A stretch of DNA of 63,075 nucleotides, filler included, from Diploschistes diacapsis (Eukaryota): the NCBI GenBank assembly GCA_023645945.1. It is 35 parts of 35 records of this genome, joined end to end, with 100 filler letters (N's around TTAATTAATTAA, not from the genome) between each part and the next. Parts side by side here need not be neighbours in the genome. Positions count along the whole stretch, not along the records: positions 12,840 to 32,366 come from JALAIB010000369.1; positions 32,467 to 33,648 come from JALAIB010003690.1; positions 33,749 to 34,930 come from JALAIB010003691.1; positions 35,031 to 36,211 come from JALAIB010003692.1; positions 36,312 to 37,492 come from JALAIB010003693.1; positions 37,593 to 38,773 come from JALAIB010003694.1; 29 more parts are not named here. One strand, given 5' to 3'. Positions 24,959 to 38,873 of this stretch are shown here, in pieces. Numbering within the stretch: the first letter of the stretch is position 1; each line of letters starts with the position of its first letter. A program made the translations under genes and the position numbers. The notes under the pieces are model-generated. The model was not told where the DNA came from and searched no databases. It worked only from the letters and a program-made list of their open reading frames with translations.

Positions 24959-27900
24959 ATGCCTATGCGGAAACCGGACCGCCGGTACGGGAGGGGACAG
25001 TCAAGTTATCGTTCAGCTGCCTCTTCATCAGCACCGCGGCGGACGAAAACAATCGAGGCTTCCGCATTGAGATCATCAGAGGCCACTTCTCAAGATGAGA
25101 GGATCCAGGCGACACGGCTTGCGCACTCAATCGATGAGCGCATGAATTTCGCTCGGTACGAGTCTGGGCGCAAGAGAGTTGGATGGCTTTGCAACATGCA
25201 CAGTACAAGTGTTGAGGACTCGAAGGTTCCTGGCGGACGCGCCGCTGTCGACTACTACTTCCTGGAAGATGATGGAGGCAGCTTCAAAGCAACTGTTGAA
25301 TATGATCCTTACTTTCTGGTCGCAGTGAGAAGAGGGAAGGAAGCCGAAGTCGAAGAGTGGGTAAAGAGGAAGCTCGAGGGCGGCATAAAAGGCGTGAGGC
25401 GGATAGAGAAAGAGGATTTGAGCATGCCGAACCATTTGCTGGGCTACAGGCGTACTCTTCTCGAGCTGTCGTTTGCGAACGTCAGCGACCTTCTGGGCGC
25501 AAGGCGGGACATCTTGCCTATAGCGGAGAGGAACAAGCTCAACATGAACGCAATGGATACCTACGCAGAAGTGGCGAGCGCGAACGCGGGATTTGACTTT
25601 TACGAAAATGAACGAGATAACGAAACACGACCTAACGGCATTACGGACGCAAGCGATTACATCGTTGATATTCGAGAATATGACGTGCCATATCATGTCA
25701 GAGTGGCAATCGATAAAGGTAGGGATCCGTCGATAGGCTAGGAATATTCTAATGTTAACAGACATTCGCATTGGGAAATGGTATACGGTGGAAGCAAAGC
25801 ATGGTGTTATCAGTCTTACGTGCCTCGAGGAGAGGCTGCAACGAGCAGATCCTATTGTTCTAGCTTACGATATAGAGACAACGAAGCTACCACTCAAGTT
25901 TCCGGATTCGAGCATCGACCAAATCATGATGATATCTTATATGATTGATGGCGCAGGATTTCTTATCACGAACCGCGAGATCGTGTCGGAAGATATTTCG
26001 GATTTCGAGTACACGCCAAAGCCTGAATATGAAGGGCCATTCATTATCTTCAATGAGCCGGACGAGAAAGCTGTCTTGGAACGATTCTTTTTGCACATTA
26101 AGGAGGCCAAGCCTACGGTTATAGCCACCTACAACGGTGACTTCTTCGACTGGCCGTTCGTGGAGGCTAGGGCCAGCGTCCACGGAATCGACATGTACCA
26201 AGAAATTGGCTTCCGCAAGAACAGCGAGGACATATACCAAAGCGACTATTGTGTTCACATGGACTGCTTTGCCTGGGTAAACCGAGACAGCTATCTTCCA
26301 CAGGGTAGTCGAGGTTTGAAGGCAGTCACAACGGCCAAGCTCGGATATGATCCTGACGAGCTAGATCCTGAACTCATGTTACCGTATGCAAGCGAAAAGC
26401 CTCAAGTCCTGGCAGAGTACTCGGTCTCAGATGCGGTCGCCACATACTATCTCTACATGAAATACGTCCACCCATTCATTTTCTCGCTCTGCACGATCAT
26501 TCCTCTTAACCCAGACGACACACTACGAAAAGGAACAGGTACGCTTTGCGAGATGTTGCTCATGGTGCAAGCCTACCAAAAGAACATTGTTCTACCAAAC
26601 AAGCACAAAGAGCCCAAGGAGACCTTCTGGGATGGACACTTGTTGGAGTCCGAAACTTACGTGGGTGGACACGTTGAGAGTATTGAGGCAGGCGTTTTCC
26701 GAAGCGACATTCCTTATAATTTCTCCATCGACCCTAGCGCCATTAACGAACTGCTCCACGACCTGGATACTGCTCTCCGATTCAGCATCACGGTAGAAGA
26801 AAAGAAATCAATGGAAGATATTACCAACTATGAGGAGGTCAAGAACCAGATTGTCCAAAAGCTAGAGGATCTCAAGAAGACACCGAATAGGCACGAGAGG
26901 CCCTCAATCTATCATTTAGATGTTGCATCCATGTATCCCAACATCATGACTACCAACCGTCTACAACCGGACTCCATGATCAAGGAATCCGACTGCGCAG
27001 CGTGTGATTTCAATCGGCCTGGTAAGACTTGTGATCGAAGAATGCCTTGGTCATGGAGAGGTGAGTATCTTCCAGCTCACAAGAACGAGTACAACATGAT
27101 CCGACGAGCTCTGGAAAGTGAAAGATTCCCTGGCAAGTATCCAAACAGTCCTGCTAGAAGCTTTGACGAGCTCGCTATCGACGAACAGGCAAAGATGGTG
27201 AAGAAACGATTGCAAGATTACAGCAAGAAGATCTATCATAAGATCCATGAGGCGAAGACAGTAGAGAGAGAAGCCATCATCTGCCAGCGTGAGAACCCGT
27301 TCTATGTTGACACGGTGAAGAACTTCAGAGATCGTCGGTACGATTTCAAAGGAAAACAAAAGGTCTGGAAGAACAAGACGGACAGTTTAAGGTCCTCCGG
27401 AGCACCAGCTGCTGAGGTTGACGAAGCCAAGAAGATGATTGTTCTCTTTGAATCCCTGCAGCTCGCCCACAAAGTCATTTTGAATTCCTTCTACGGCTAT
27501 GTCATGCGAAAGGGCTCGAGATGGTATTCTATGGAGATGGCCGGAGTCACATGCCTCACAGGCGCCCGCATCATTCAGATGGCCAGGGAGCTTGTCGAAC
27601 GGATTGGTCGACCTCTCGAATTGGATACTGATGGCATCTGGTGTATGCTTCCAGCGACCTTCCCAGAGAACGTTGCCTTCACGTTAAAGAATGGGAAAAA
27701 GCTGCCCGTCTCATACCCTTGTACGATGCTTAACCATCTCGTCCACGGCAAGTTCACTAATCACCAATACCAGACGCTTGTGGACCCGAATACTTTCAAA
27801 TATGATACCCATAGTGATAACACCATCTTCTTTGAGGTGGATGGGCCATATCGTGCAATGATTCTACCGACTTCGAAAGAGGAAGACAAGAACCTTAAGA

Positions 27901-30900
27901 AGCGATATGCGGTCTTCAACGATGATGGCTCCCTCGCGGAGTTGAAGGGATTCGAGTTGAAGCGAAGGGGAGAGCTAAAATTGATCAAATTCTTCCAGAA
28001 GCAAATCTTCAAGTTTTTCTTGGAAGGTACAACTCTGGCTGAGACATATGCAGCGGTAGCGAAGGTAGCAAATAGATGGCTGGACGTACTCGATTCAAAA
28101 GGATCCAATCTAGCAGACGAAGAGCTGGTCGACCTCATTTGCGAAAACAAAAGCATGTCAAAGACAATAGCAGAGTATGGCGCACAGAAATCGACCGCTA
28201 TCACAACCGCCAAGCGCCTCGCGGAGTTTCTAGGTCAGCAGATGATCAAGGATAAAGGCCTCAACTGCCAATACATCATCGCATCGAAGCCAAGGAACAC
28301 GCCAGTCACTGAACGAGCTATTCCCGTCGCAATCTTCTCGTCCGAAACTTCAATCAAGCGACACTTTCTCCGTAAATGGATGCGAGAAGACCCCGCGGAC
28401 ATGGACCTTCGAACCATCCTCGACTGGGACTACTATCGCGAGCGTCTAGGGTCAGTCATCCAGAAGCTAATCACTATTCCCGCAGCATTGCAACGCATTC
28501 GAAATCCTGTTCCTCGGATTGTACATCCTGAATGGTTACAGCGCCGAATTAACATCAAAGATGACAGATTTAAGCAGAAAAAGATGACGGATCTGTTCGA
28601 GAAGAAGCCTCTGTCGGAGATTCCCTTGAACGTGGTTGATCACCGTCTGCCGACCGATCTAGAGGACTTCGGAGGCACTACCATGCCAAAGAGCAAAGCT
28701 CAAGCACTGAGAATGTCCCAGAAACGAAAGTCGCCTGAGCCCGCAGCTCCGGAAGTTATAGACCCTTACGCCAGCCTTCCAAAAGTCATGCCTGATCCTT
28801 CGGTGGACTACAAAGGCTTTTTGAAGTATCAAAAGCAGAAGTGGGCAATCCAAAGACAGGCTCGCAAGCGCCGGCGTCAACTATTTGGTGAGCGAAGTAC
28901 TACTGCTTCAGACCTTGGTGGATATTTCCGCAATCAGTCTGCTCTGCTATTCACAAACACATGGCAGCTTCTGCAGCTTCGAGAGTCTGACAGCCCAGGT
29001 ATAGTTCAAGCATTCGTTCTAATTGGTCAAAAAGTTCAAACCCTGAAGATCAAAGTTCCACGGCAGGTATATCTTAATTTGAAAGGGAAAGAGCTACCCG
29101 ACGTTACCATTGATCAGTGCACCGTTGAAAAGGTTACTCATTCACTACCAAATGGCCACCTTTCTGCCCACCTGTTCAAGCTCACTATGCCGGAAGAGGT
29201 CTTTGTTGATGACGCAGAAAAGATCTCCTTGATGTTCAACCACACAAGCGTTGAAGGTGTATACGAGACTCAAGTCCCGTTAACGGTGCGGGCCATGCTC
29301 CAGCTTGGTAGCTCATGCACGTTTGACGAAACGCAACAAGGAGTGCTTGGACGTGGTCTTGAACACGGCTTCGAACTCTCAACCCTGAGAAAGGCCGTAA
29401 CCAAGGATCCCTATCTTTCCCGAGCCAGCCTAGGGTACTATTTCCTTTATCACGTCGCCTCCGGCGAGAAGGAGATTTTTGCTCTTTTCTCGACCAACAA
29501 GTCTGAGGCTAGCATTGTCATCATGAATCGGAAGAAAGACAACCAGGGACTTCCAAATGCTGATAAGATTTATGCCGACCTGCGAGCGCGAAAGATGCAG
29601 GAACACGGGAATGAAGTGGCACAAATGAACTTCGAATATCAAGATAGCATCCATTTCAAGATCTCGCAGGTGTCTACGAGACGCAAAGCATACATTGAGC
29701 TTAGCAGTGCGCTGAAAAAGATGCAAAAAGATGAGACCAGGCCGATGACCATGGTGATGCAGACACTCCACTACAGAACACTCACGCAGGAGATCCCAAT
29801 GCTTAAAGACCTTCCTATAGTCTCGCTCAAGCTCGATGCAACTGATAGCCAGCTACCCTCGCTTGGATGGCAGAGTGTAATAATCAGGCGCTTGGTGACG
29901 AACTATCTGTCCTTTGGCTCTTGGATGACACACCTTATAGAGCTTGCCCGATATGGAGGTATACCCTTGTGTAATCTTCAAGGAGATGATAACCGCTTCC
30001 TGATCGATATCGCTTATGCCCGCCGGTTGCAGAAGAACAACGTTGTGTTATGGTGGTCTTCGGGATCCAGGCCGGATCATGCGGGCTACGAAAAGGACGA
30101 CATTGTGGGACCCTTGGAGAAGATCGAAATGCCGGCCATCAACAACCCAGGGACATACTCGTCTGTTTGCATCGAGCTGGAAGTCAGGAATCTTGCGGTC
30201 AACACCATTCTCACTTCTTCGTTGATCAACGAAATGGAGGGAAGCGAGTCCATTATGTTGAATCCTTCCGGCAGTGAAGAGGGCGACGGCACCGGTGTTT
30301 TGTATTCAGCCTCAGCGTTTGCCTCTGCCGGTATCGTCACGCTCCGAGAAATGGTAAAGGCTTGGTGGATGGAGGCATGCAAAGGCAGCCCCATGGCAGA
30401 CAATATGGTGCAGCACCTGATTCGCTGGGTCGAATCGCCTACCTCGCATCTCTATGATCGATCCCTTTACCATTATGTGCAGATGATGTCTCGGAAAGCC
30501 TTTCAGCAGCTGATGACCGACTTTAGAAGAGTTGGCTCCCACATCGTCTTTGCTAGTCCGACGCGCCTTCTCCTGCAAACCACCAAGGCAGAGGTCGGCA
30601 ACGCCTACGCCTACAGCCAGTACATCCTCAAGTCGATCGCAGCCAAACCCCTGTTTAACTTCCTAGATCTGAGCATCAAAGAATACTGGGACTACCTCGT
30701 CTGGTACGACGACTACAACTACGGCGGCAAGGCCACCCAAGAAGTCATCGAAGCCGACGCCCAACCCCTCGACACCGTCATGCACTGGCAGCTCGCCACC
30801 TTCCTGCCGCCCCTCTACAAGCCCATTTTCGACGAATGGGTCGTGACCTTCATCGAACTCATGCACTCCCTCAAACGCCCCTTGCCCACCCTCAACTCCC

Positions 30901-31754
30901 CCAGCACCCCTCGCCTAACCCAGCTCCCCATACGCGAACTCACCTCCACCACAACAAGCTACGACACCGTCCCCCAACCCACCCTCGACGCCCTAGCCAC
31001 GCACATAAGCAAACCCCTCCGCAAAAAACTCGTATCCCTAATCTCCCAGTACCGCGCCGAATCAACGAACCCGCTGCTCGCCCCAGACCACGCATACCCG
31101 GCGCTCCCCGGCTCGCACCTCGACCTGACCTCCACGCACCCAGTCCTCCACCTGACCAAGTCCCTCATGCACGTTTTCGGCCTGGATAGGTCGCTCAACC
31201 TGGCCGTGCGCTCTCTGCGCAAGGATCTCCTGGCCCTCTTCGACGTGCGAGAGTTCAGCGCCGCGGGCCGCTTCGAGGACCCAAGCCGCAGGCTGAGCCT
31301 GGAGTGGTCGTGTGCCGAGTGCACGCTCGTGCGCGAGCTCGAGCTGTGTCGGGACGAGGACCTGCTGCCTCTTTCCGCGGAAGCAGCGGGAGGCGCTGAG
31401 ACCACCCTTGCTACTGCTGCAGGTGGAGCCATCGGGGGAGGAATGCCGAGAGAGTGGCGGTGCCAGTACTGCGCGCATCCCCTGCCGCGTAACGCGATCG
31501 AGGAGCATCTCATCTCCGAGGTGCAGGCAATGGTGGTGGCGTGGGCGACGCAGGATTTTAAGTGCGGAAAGTGCGGCGGCGTCAGGGTGGAGGCGTGCGA
31601 TTTCATGGAGCATTGTCCGTGCTCCGGGATCTGGGTGCCGACGGTGAAGATGGCGGGGGTTAAGGAGCGGTTGGGGGTGCTGGATGCCGTGAGTCAAGTG
31701 CATGGGATGAGGATGTTGGCGGGGGTGGTGGCAAATGTTTTGGAGGGGATCTAG
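24959..31754 (+). CDS. POL2: DNA polymerase epsilon catalytic subunit; exons 24959-25718, 25762-31754
   Basis: ExoI DIETTK, DVASMYPN, ILNSFYGY, ELDTDG, C-terminal CysA/CysB motifs; 43-nt GT-AG intron. Confidence 0.98.
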
Positions 31755-32619
31755 GGGGTTAGGGATTTAGGGAGGAGGATTTGGGCGGGTTGGTGGGTGG
31801 CGATGATGGTGTTTTTTTTGGGAGTGTGTTATGGATGGTTATGCTTCGATGAATGGAGCAGTATTGATGTCTTTTTACAATGGGCGTGGTGGTATATTCC
31901 GTGCCTTTTTGGAATGGGGGATTTGCTTGGATTTGTGGCCCATTGCGTCGGCGTTTTGAATGGCATAGCATTGCGCGTTGTTTTGAGGAAAGCTTTGATA
32001 TCACAACCAAGCACTTACACACTAGAAACAGCTGCTCTTCAGTGATACAGTCCGTCTAAGCTAACAGTGATGGAGCATTCCGCAGCAGCACCCGAGGAAC
32101 CATAGCAAAGTGGGCCATAACGCTCTCTCGACACAGCGCGAGAAACGAGAATCGGGCTCAAAAGACGAAACCATCGCTCCACCCTCTCACAGATAATAAC
32201 CCGAACAGCACGCATAGGCCCTCACAACCCAAGAACGCGGCCAAAACAGATATATAACTTCCTGCCACCCCCTCCCTTGCACCCTCCTCCTATCCCTCCA
32301 TCCTAGTCACTCACTACCAGGCCCTACTCCCGCCCCACCCCCCCCCACCACCCCCCACCCCCCCCCNNNNNNNNNNNNNNNNNNNNNNNNNNNNNNNNNN
32401 NNNNNNNNNNTTAATTAATTAANNNNNNNNNNNNNNNNNNNNNNNNNNNNNNNNNNNNNNNNNNNNGATTATAGCTAAATAAGAACGAAAATCTATTTAT
32501 GTATATACAATATCAAGCGGCATCGTTATAAATGTCGTTTATAAGAGCGAGATCGGTACTACCTGTTACCAACAATACCCCAAGCGATCTACCATCAAGC
32601 CTAACGATTACTACATTAA

Positions 32620-33465
32620 ACCTAATTTAAAATGAATTAGACCCTTATTAAATCCTATTAAATAAAAAAATGGACCCTTTTTTCTATAAATGGCCCCTTG
32701 TTTTATATATGGATCCTTTTTAAATAGTATTAAATAAAAAAAGGACCCTTTTTATATTATATGGACCCTTTTTTTATAAATGGATCCTTTTTAGATCGTA
32801 TCAAATAAAAAAAGGACCCTTTTTATAATATATAGACCCTTATTAAATCTAATTTAAAATAAACTAGACCCTTTTCTCTATCAATGGACCCTTTTTATAT
32901 TAAATGAACCCTTTTTGAACCTAATTTAAAATAAACGAGACCCTTTTTTTATATAAACCCTTTTTAGATCGTATTAAATAAAAAAATGGACCCTTTTTAA
33001 CCCTGATTTAAAATAAACTGAACCCTTTTTTATATAAATGAACCTTTTTTAAATTATATTAAATAAAAAATGCACCCTTTTTATATTATTTGGACCCTTT
33101 TTAAACCCAATTTAAAATGTATTAGATCCTTTTTTATATAAATGAATACTTTTTAGACCGTATTAAATAAAAAATGGATCCTTTTTGAACTTAATTTAAA
33201 ATAAATTAGACCCTTTTTAAATCATATTTATAAAAGATTAAACCCTTTAATATTAATTAAACCCTTTTTCGTTATATATTAGAACGAAATTTAGACCCTT
33301 TTTTATATAAATGAACCCTTTTTAAACCTAATATAAAATAAATTAGACCCTTTTTTTCATAAATAGACCCTTTTTAAATCATATTTAATAAAAGATTAGA
33401 CCCTTTTAATATTAATTAAACCTTTATTCGTTACATAATAGAACGAAATCTGGACCCTTTTTTAA
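32620..33465. repeat. Degenerate tandem array built on a GACCCTTTTT core
   Basis: Core recurs roughly every 20-35 bp over ~850 bp with alternating spacers. Confidence 0.9.
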
Positions 33466-34386
33466 AGTTTATTTTTATTGCGGTACTATTCGTAATCTTT
33501 ATTAATATAAATATCTACTTCTTTCCTATTACTTTTTGTTTTTTTATTACATTAAACAAAACTTTATCTTCAATAACGTTTCTAAATCATCTTTATAATA
33601 TAAATAAATATTTTATAAATTTATTATCATGGCCGACCAATTCGTTCTNNNNNNNNNNNNNNNNNNNNNNNNNNNNNNNNNNNNNNNNNNNNTTAATTAA
33701 TTAANNNNNNNNNNNNNNNNNNNNNNNNNNNNNNNNNNNNNNNNNNNNATCATACTTTTTCTTACTTTTTTTACTGCAAAGCCCCTGGCTTTAATAATGC
33801 ACCAAATTTTCTTTTTTTACTTTTCATATCCGCCTCATTCTTTTGTTGCTTTTTTCTTTTTTTTTCTTTTTTTTATTTTCTGGTTTTCTCGTTCCGATAA
33901 CATTGGTTCTTTTATTCATTTATTTTTTATTATTTTTCCTTAAAACTCGTATTCGATCCTTATTTCTTACCGTTCGTATTCGTATTATCCTATTTAATCT
34001 ACTTATTCGTATTCGATCTCCTTTCCCTCGTATTTATATTCGCGTAATTCTAATTAATTTATTCAATTTTCGTCCGGTACCGAGTAACTCGAATTAATAA
34101 TATCTATTGTTTCTAATATCGATAATCTTTAACTTCTAATTCTTTCTTAACATCCTATTTATTCGCAGCCTAACCTTCTAAATATATCTTAATCAAATTC
34201 TATTCTTTTATTTTTTCAATATTAGTAAGCCATTTAAGGACAATTAGATATCCCTGTCCTTTCTCTTTTTATATTTTTATAAACAATATCTTTCTATTAT
34301 ATTTAGAACTTTTAGATCGTAACATTCTTTTTACCTTTCGCAAGATGTGGAAAGGTCCTTAGACAAGTCCTCAGGTTAGCCTTCAT

Positions 34387-34622
34387 TATAAATACAAGGC
34401 GCGCTATCTAGGGAGACTTCCCTTGTTGTAATAGGTAGATAGTCGTAAGTGGTATAATAGGTGAATGTAATGTGATTTCGTAGTCAACAGCATACCCAGG
34501 TAGGACATTTGTGAGGTGTAGGATGCATTGGATTCTCTAGAGTTACTTAGCAGGCCTCCTTAAATGGAGCTGCCCTGTGGAGACCACCCCTACCAAGTCT
34601 GCGGCCTACTTTTATGTTTACA
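34387..34622 (-). mobile_element. LTR family E (~236 bp), 5' LTR
   Basis: TGTAAACA start, RIPed TGTTTACA end; 7 copies in the window. Confidence 0.9.
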
Positions 34623-35329
34623 CTATATGCGTATCTTTTTAAACAATAAGATAATTTAAGAATGTTCGCTAATTACGAAAACTTTATAAAACAAATCCGA
34701 TTAACTTTTAATACTATTAACGATAAAAAATACGTTATACGAATTATTAAAATCGTACGCCAAAAAGGATTAATTTTAGAATATATAACAAAATTTTAAG
34801 AATATTTTAAAAAAATTAAATAAAATAATAACGTTTTAATAAAAATATATCGAAAAGTTTTTAAAAAGTTTATTAAAAATGAATTTATGCGTAATTAAGA
34901 TCGAATTAAAAGTTTAAACGCTTTATAAATNNNNNNNNNNNNNNNNNNNNNNNNNNNNNNNNNNNNNNNNNNNNTTAATTAATTAANNNNNNNNNNNNNN
35001 NNNNNNNNNNNNNNNNNNNNNNNNNNNNNNATGTCATACTTTATTATTAGAAATGAAAATATATTAAGATTAATCTTAAATAAGATTGAATTAAATAAGA
35101 TAACGTTATAAGCTAACTTAAACTATTATTTCTAAATATATGATATTAAACGCGTATGCGGTAATATACGCTCGTAATAATAATTTAACGTAAATATATT
35201 ATTTAATTTTGTTATCTTACTTTCTAAAAGGCTTATCCTTAAGTTCATTTAATATTTATATAAGCTACGTATCGTTTCTAGTTAGGATGTACTAAGTTTC
35301 GGTCTCGAAGGCTATGTTAAAATCGATAA

Positions 35330-35561
35330 TGTCAGTATAGCGTCAAATTTGTAAGTGGTGAAGAAGATGGATTGCATATAGCTAGTGAGGGCGGCAAGCC
35401 TTTATAGCTACACCGCGTGGATGTCTAATGGCATCGTGGCCCTAGCGTCATAGCGACAGCAACGAGGGTAGGAGCAAGCGCGTCTAGTAAGTATAGGCGA
35501 ACTCCTTAGTAACAGTAATAATAGTTAATAACTATTATAACTATTATAATATCCACCGACA
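35330..35561 (-). mobile_element. Probable Copia-type LTR (family I), single copy
   Basis: TGTCAG...CCGACA inverted ends around a GC-richer island; TATAAA on minus strand; no TSD. Confidence 0.5.
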
Positions 35562-36311
35562 CAAAATGCTTATGTCTATATAAGCTGTGATTTAAACAGG
35601 TCCCGAATGAACGAGATAAAACCCTCGATATTCGTCCTAAAACATCTTAACAATATATCTTATATTGCTTCCTTTTCTCTTATCTTAAGGCAATTCTGTT
35701 CTTTTATTAAGCTTGTTTCCATCTCGTAGATATAGTTCTAATTTTATATCCTTAATAAGCCTATATCTACGACGTCGTTATATCTTTGTTCGAACTCGGC
35801 GATCCGATTTGTTGAATGTCGCTACAATTCTCGCTCGATGATTTATATATTATTAGTAATATTATATCTTATTTATCGGATTAAGTATTGCGTATTCTAT
35901 CCGCGTTTTTTGCGTATACGACGTTTAATAAATAACCGTTTTACCTCGTATTCTTTTTCGATTTTTATTATTATAAATAACGGCGGCAAAGATCGTCGAC
36001 GGTAAAGATCGTTAATTAGATCTAATACCGGCTTAAGATGTACGATATTAATAATATCGTAAATATAATAATAATTAGGCTGGCCGTCACGGACACTGAC
36101 ACGGCCGTGGTAGTGTCCGTGTTTTGAAATTTTCAGCCGTAGTATCCGTGTCCGTGCTTTTATTGTAATATAATGTTCGTAAAAATATTCGTGTTTTAAA
36201 ATTTTTAATCGNNNNNNNNNNNNNNNNNNNNNNNNNNNNNNNNNNNNNNNNNNNNTTAATTAATTAANNNNNNNNNNNNNNNNNNNNNNNNNNNNNNNNN
36301 NNNNNNNNNNN

Positions 36312-36433
36312 CTACGTACCTATATATAATATAATAAGGAAACAGTGCGTTCGGGGTTACTGAAAAGCATTATAATTAATCTTTTGGCTCAGTGGGATAG
36401 CGCTACCTATTAGGCACTACCCCCGCTGTTATA
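36312..36433 (+). mobile_element. LTR family C, 3' part
   Basis: Matches the TRIM LTR (GGGATAGCGCTACCTATTAGGCACTAC). Confidence 0.85.
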
Positions 36434-36662
36434 AGCGAAATGATTTTCCGATTAATTAAATAAAGAAATGGCGGCGGCTAAGGATCCGAATATCAGTATC
36501 GTACCGACCGGTCTCATTTCTAATATTCTAGAACTGTCATTAATGTCGCCGTCGCAAATAAATTATAAATTAAGAGATGATACGCTGTTAACGACGTAGG
36601 ATGAAACCACTGCTTCGGTTGAGACATGAAAACTTATTTAAGTATGTTTTCTTTCATAATTA

Positions 36663-36733
36663 GATCTAATAGCTTAGTCGGTAGAAGATGTGTTTCTATT
36701 ATAAGGTCGCTGGTTCAAGTCCAGCATAAATCA
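36663..36733 (+). other. Degenerate tRNA-derived sequence with Pol III A and B boxes
   Basis: TAGCTTAGTCGGTAGA D-arm/A box; perfect T-arm GCTGG-TTCAAGT-CCAGC; imperfect acceptor stem; no clean anticodon arm. Confidence 0.65.
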
Positions 36734-37663
36734 ATAAACGCAAATATAGAAAAACGATTTCTTACATTTATATCCTGGCTTCTTTTTGTTTCCTATAAGC
36801 CCGGATCTTTTACTTATAGTTCTTTAGATTTTCCTTAGATTCCGATAAGTTTTAATCCGCTAAATATCCTTTCTATTTAATACAGAATCCTCTAGAACCG
36901 TGGTCCAAAATCTTCTCGATTTTATACTCATTCTCATTATCCGATTCGAAATAAAAGGATTTTTATAATAGGATATTTAAATATACTAATTCGAGATATC
37001 TAGCGTATAATACTGTATAGATCGTCACGTTCTTAAATAACTTAAGACGGTAACTAACTCGTTTGGTTTCGTCTAATATATTAAGTTATTTATCGATAAA
37101 AAAGAATTCGGTCTTAACGTGATCGAGGTTCTCAAAGAATTTACGTGTTCTAAAATTATTTATGTATAAAAATACAATATTTTTCTCTTTCAACTAAGGA
37201 TTCTTCTTTAAGATCTTAATTTTATTAATATCTTTTAATGCCTTATCGTTAAGTGGCGAAATCTTTTAAATCTTTTAATTTCTTTATCTTTGTTATTAAG
37301 GTAGTGTTCGATATATAATAATTATTTAATTTAATTCTTTATATTTTAATTAATTTATTACCGTAAATACTATTTTAAGGTTTAATTTATTCTTTCTGTT
37401 TGACAGTTTATCTATAGATAATAAATATTTAAGTTTTTTAATTTCGTGCTGAATGCTTTTATTATAATTTTTTAATATCTTGACGTAAAGAGNNNNNNNN
37501 NNNNNNNNNNNNNNNNNNNNNNNNNNNNNNNNNNNNTTAATTAATTAANNNNNNNNNNNNNNNNNNNNNNNNNNNNNNNNNNNNNNNNNNNNGATTTACC
37601 CGACATATAACGCGTACGATCTAGTAAAAACGGATGGATTATTAATAAAATTAATTTACATTA

Positions 37664-38492
37664 ACGTATATGCATAACGAGCGGACACTCATAACGAACC
37701 GACATCCTTCTCGATTCGTACGAGTTATAATTACATTTACGCAATCAATTCTTACGATAATTCATTATATTAACTATTAATATCTTCATTAAAAGCTATA
37801 GATTTTATTTCGTAAGTTCGCATATTATATTTAAATTAATTATATTTATTATAACGTCGTACGCGCAATCCGATTTCCTTCGTACGACTTTTATTTTTAG
37901 ATATATCAGCTTCTTTATACGAATTTCGACTTTTAAAGATTATAATACGATTATTTTTAATACGTTAAACAATCCTTCAACTCATACGCGCGTTTTTTTA
38001 ACCTTTTTTCGTTTATTAACTACCTTATTCGTCGTATGAAATGTCTTGATCTCGATTTTAAGAATTATTATTTAGCGCATAATCGTCCACGTAAATAATC
38101 TAAATAATAAAAACCTATTCTCGATTACCGGGTTGTTTCGTACGAGATCTATTTTTGCGATCTAAAGTAGTTACGACCTTTATATAACGTGTTTCACAGT
38201 CAGCTCGACCACCCCCAAAGCTCGGCCACCTCACATGACGATATTCATCATTCTTCCGGTTTTTCTCGATAATGGCCGCTTCGCATTAAAATAACTCGAT
38301 ATTATTAAAATCGGATATTAACGATTATTTATAGGTTCTAAATTTTTAATAATATACCAGCATTCGAACGACCGTTCGCGTGTTTAAAATTTCTCGATCG
38401 ACCGTTATGGATCGACTTAATAAAAAATAATCCAATTTTAATAATCACGAATCGACTTAAATCCTTTTAAATCTAAAAAAAGATATTAATAC
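37664..38492 (+). mobile_element. Nested pogo/Fot1 left ends with RIPed transposase N-termini
   Basis: TA-ACGT termini at 37664 and 38187; F.RTT HTH-like remnant. Confidence 0.7.
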
Positions 38493-38773
38493 TAGGCTTG
38501 CCGTTTCGTGCCACGGTCACTGACACGGACACTACAGCAAAAATGTTCAAAACACGGACACTGACACGGACACGACAGCTAAAATTTTAAAACACGGACA
38601 TTAACACGAATACTACACTACAGTAAAAACACGGACACGGACATTATAATTAAAATTTTTAAAATATTAACACTAACACGGACACTGCATGTCCGTAAAT
38701 CCACCGAAACATTACGATAAATCCACCGAAACACCGCAGTGAAATTTTTTTAAAAAAATAAGAACGTGACAAA
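38493..38773. mobile_element. hAT-like TAGGCTGGCC family, terminal fragment
   Basis: TIR variant plus 72-bp repeats; uninterrupted flank visible near 42850. Confidence 0.8.
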
Positions 38774-38873
38774 NNNNNNNNNNNNNNNNNNNNNNNNNNN
38801 NNNNNNNNNNNNNNNNNTTAATTAATTAANNNNNNNNNNNNNNNNNNNNNNNNNNNNNNNNNNNNNNNNNNNN

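Noticed and set aside
32330..32366. C-rich contig end as a telomere
   Set aside because: No TTAGGG/CCCTAA units; poly-C tract at an assembly break
12840..32366. Gene contig as a metabolic cluster or Starship cargo
   Set aside because: Unrelated housekeeping genes, no backbone enzyme or tyrosine-recombinase captain; neighbouring repeats are on other contigs
36663..36733. Functional tRNA gene
   Set aside because: Anticodon arm does not fold and the acceptor stem has mismatches; kept only as tRNA-derived
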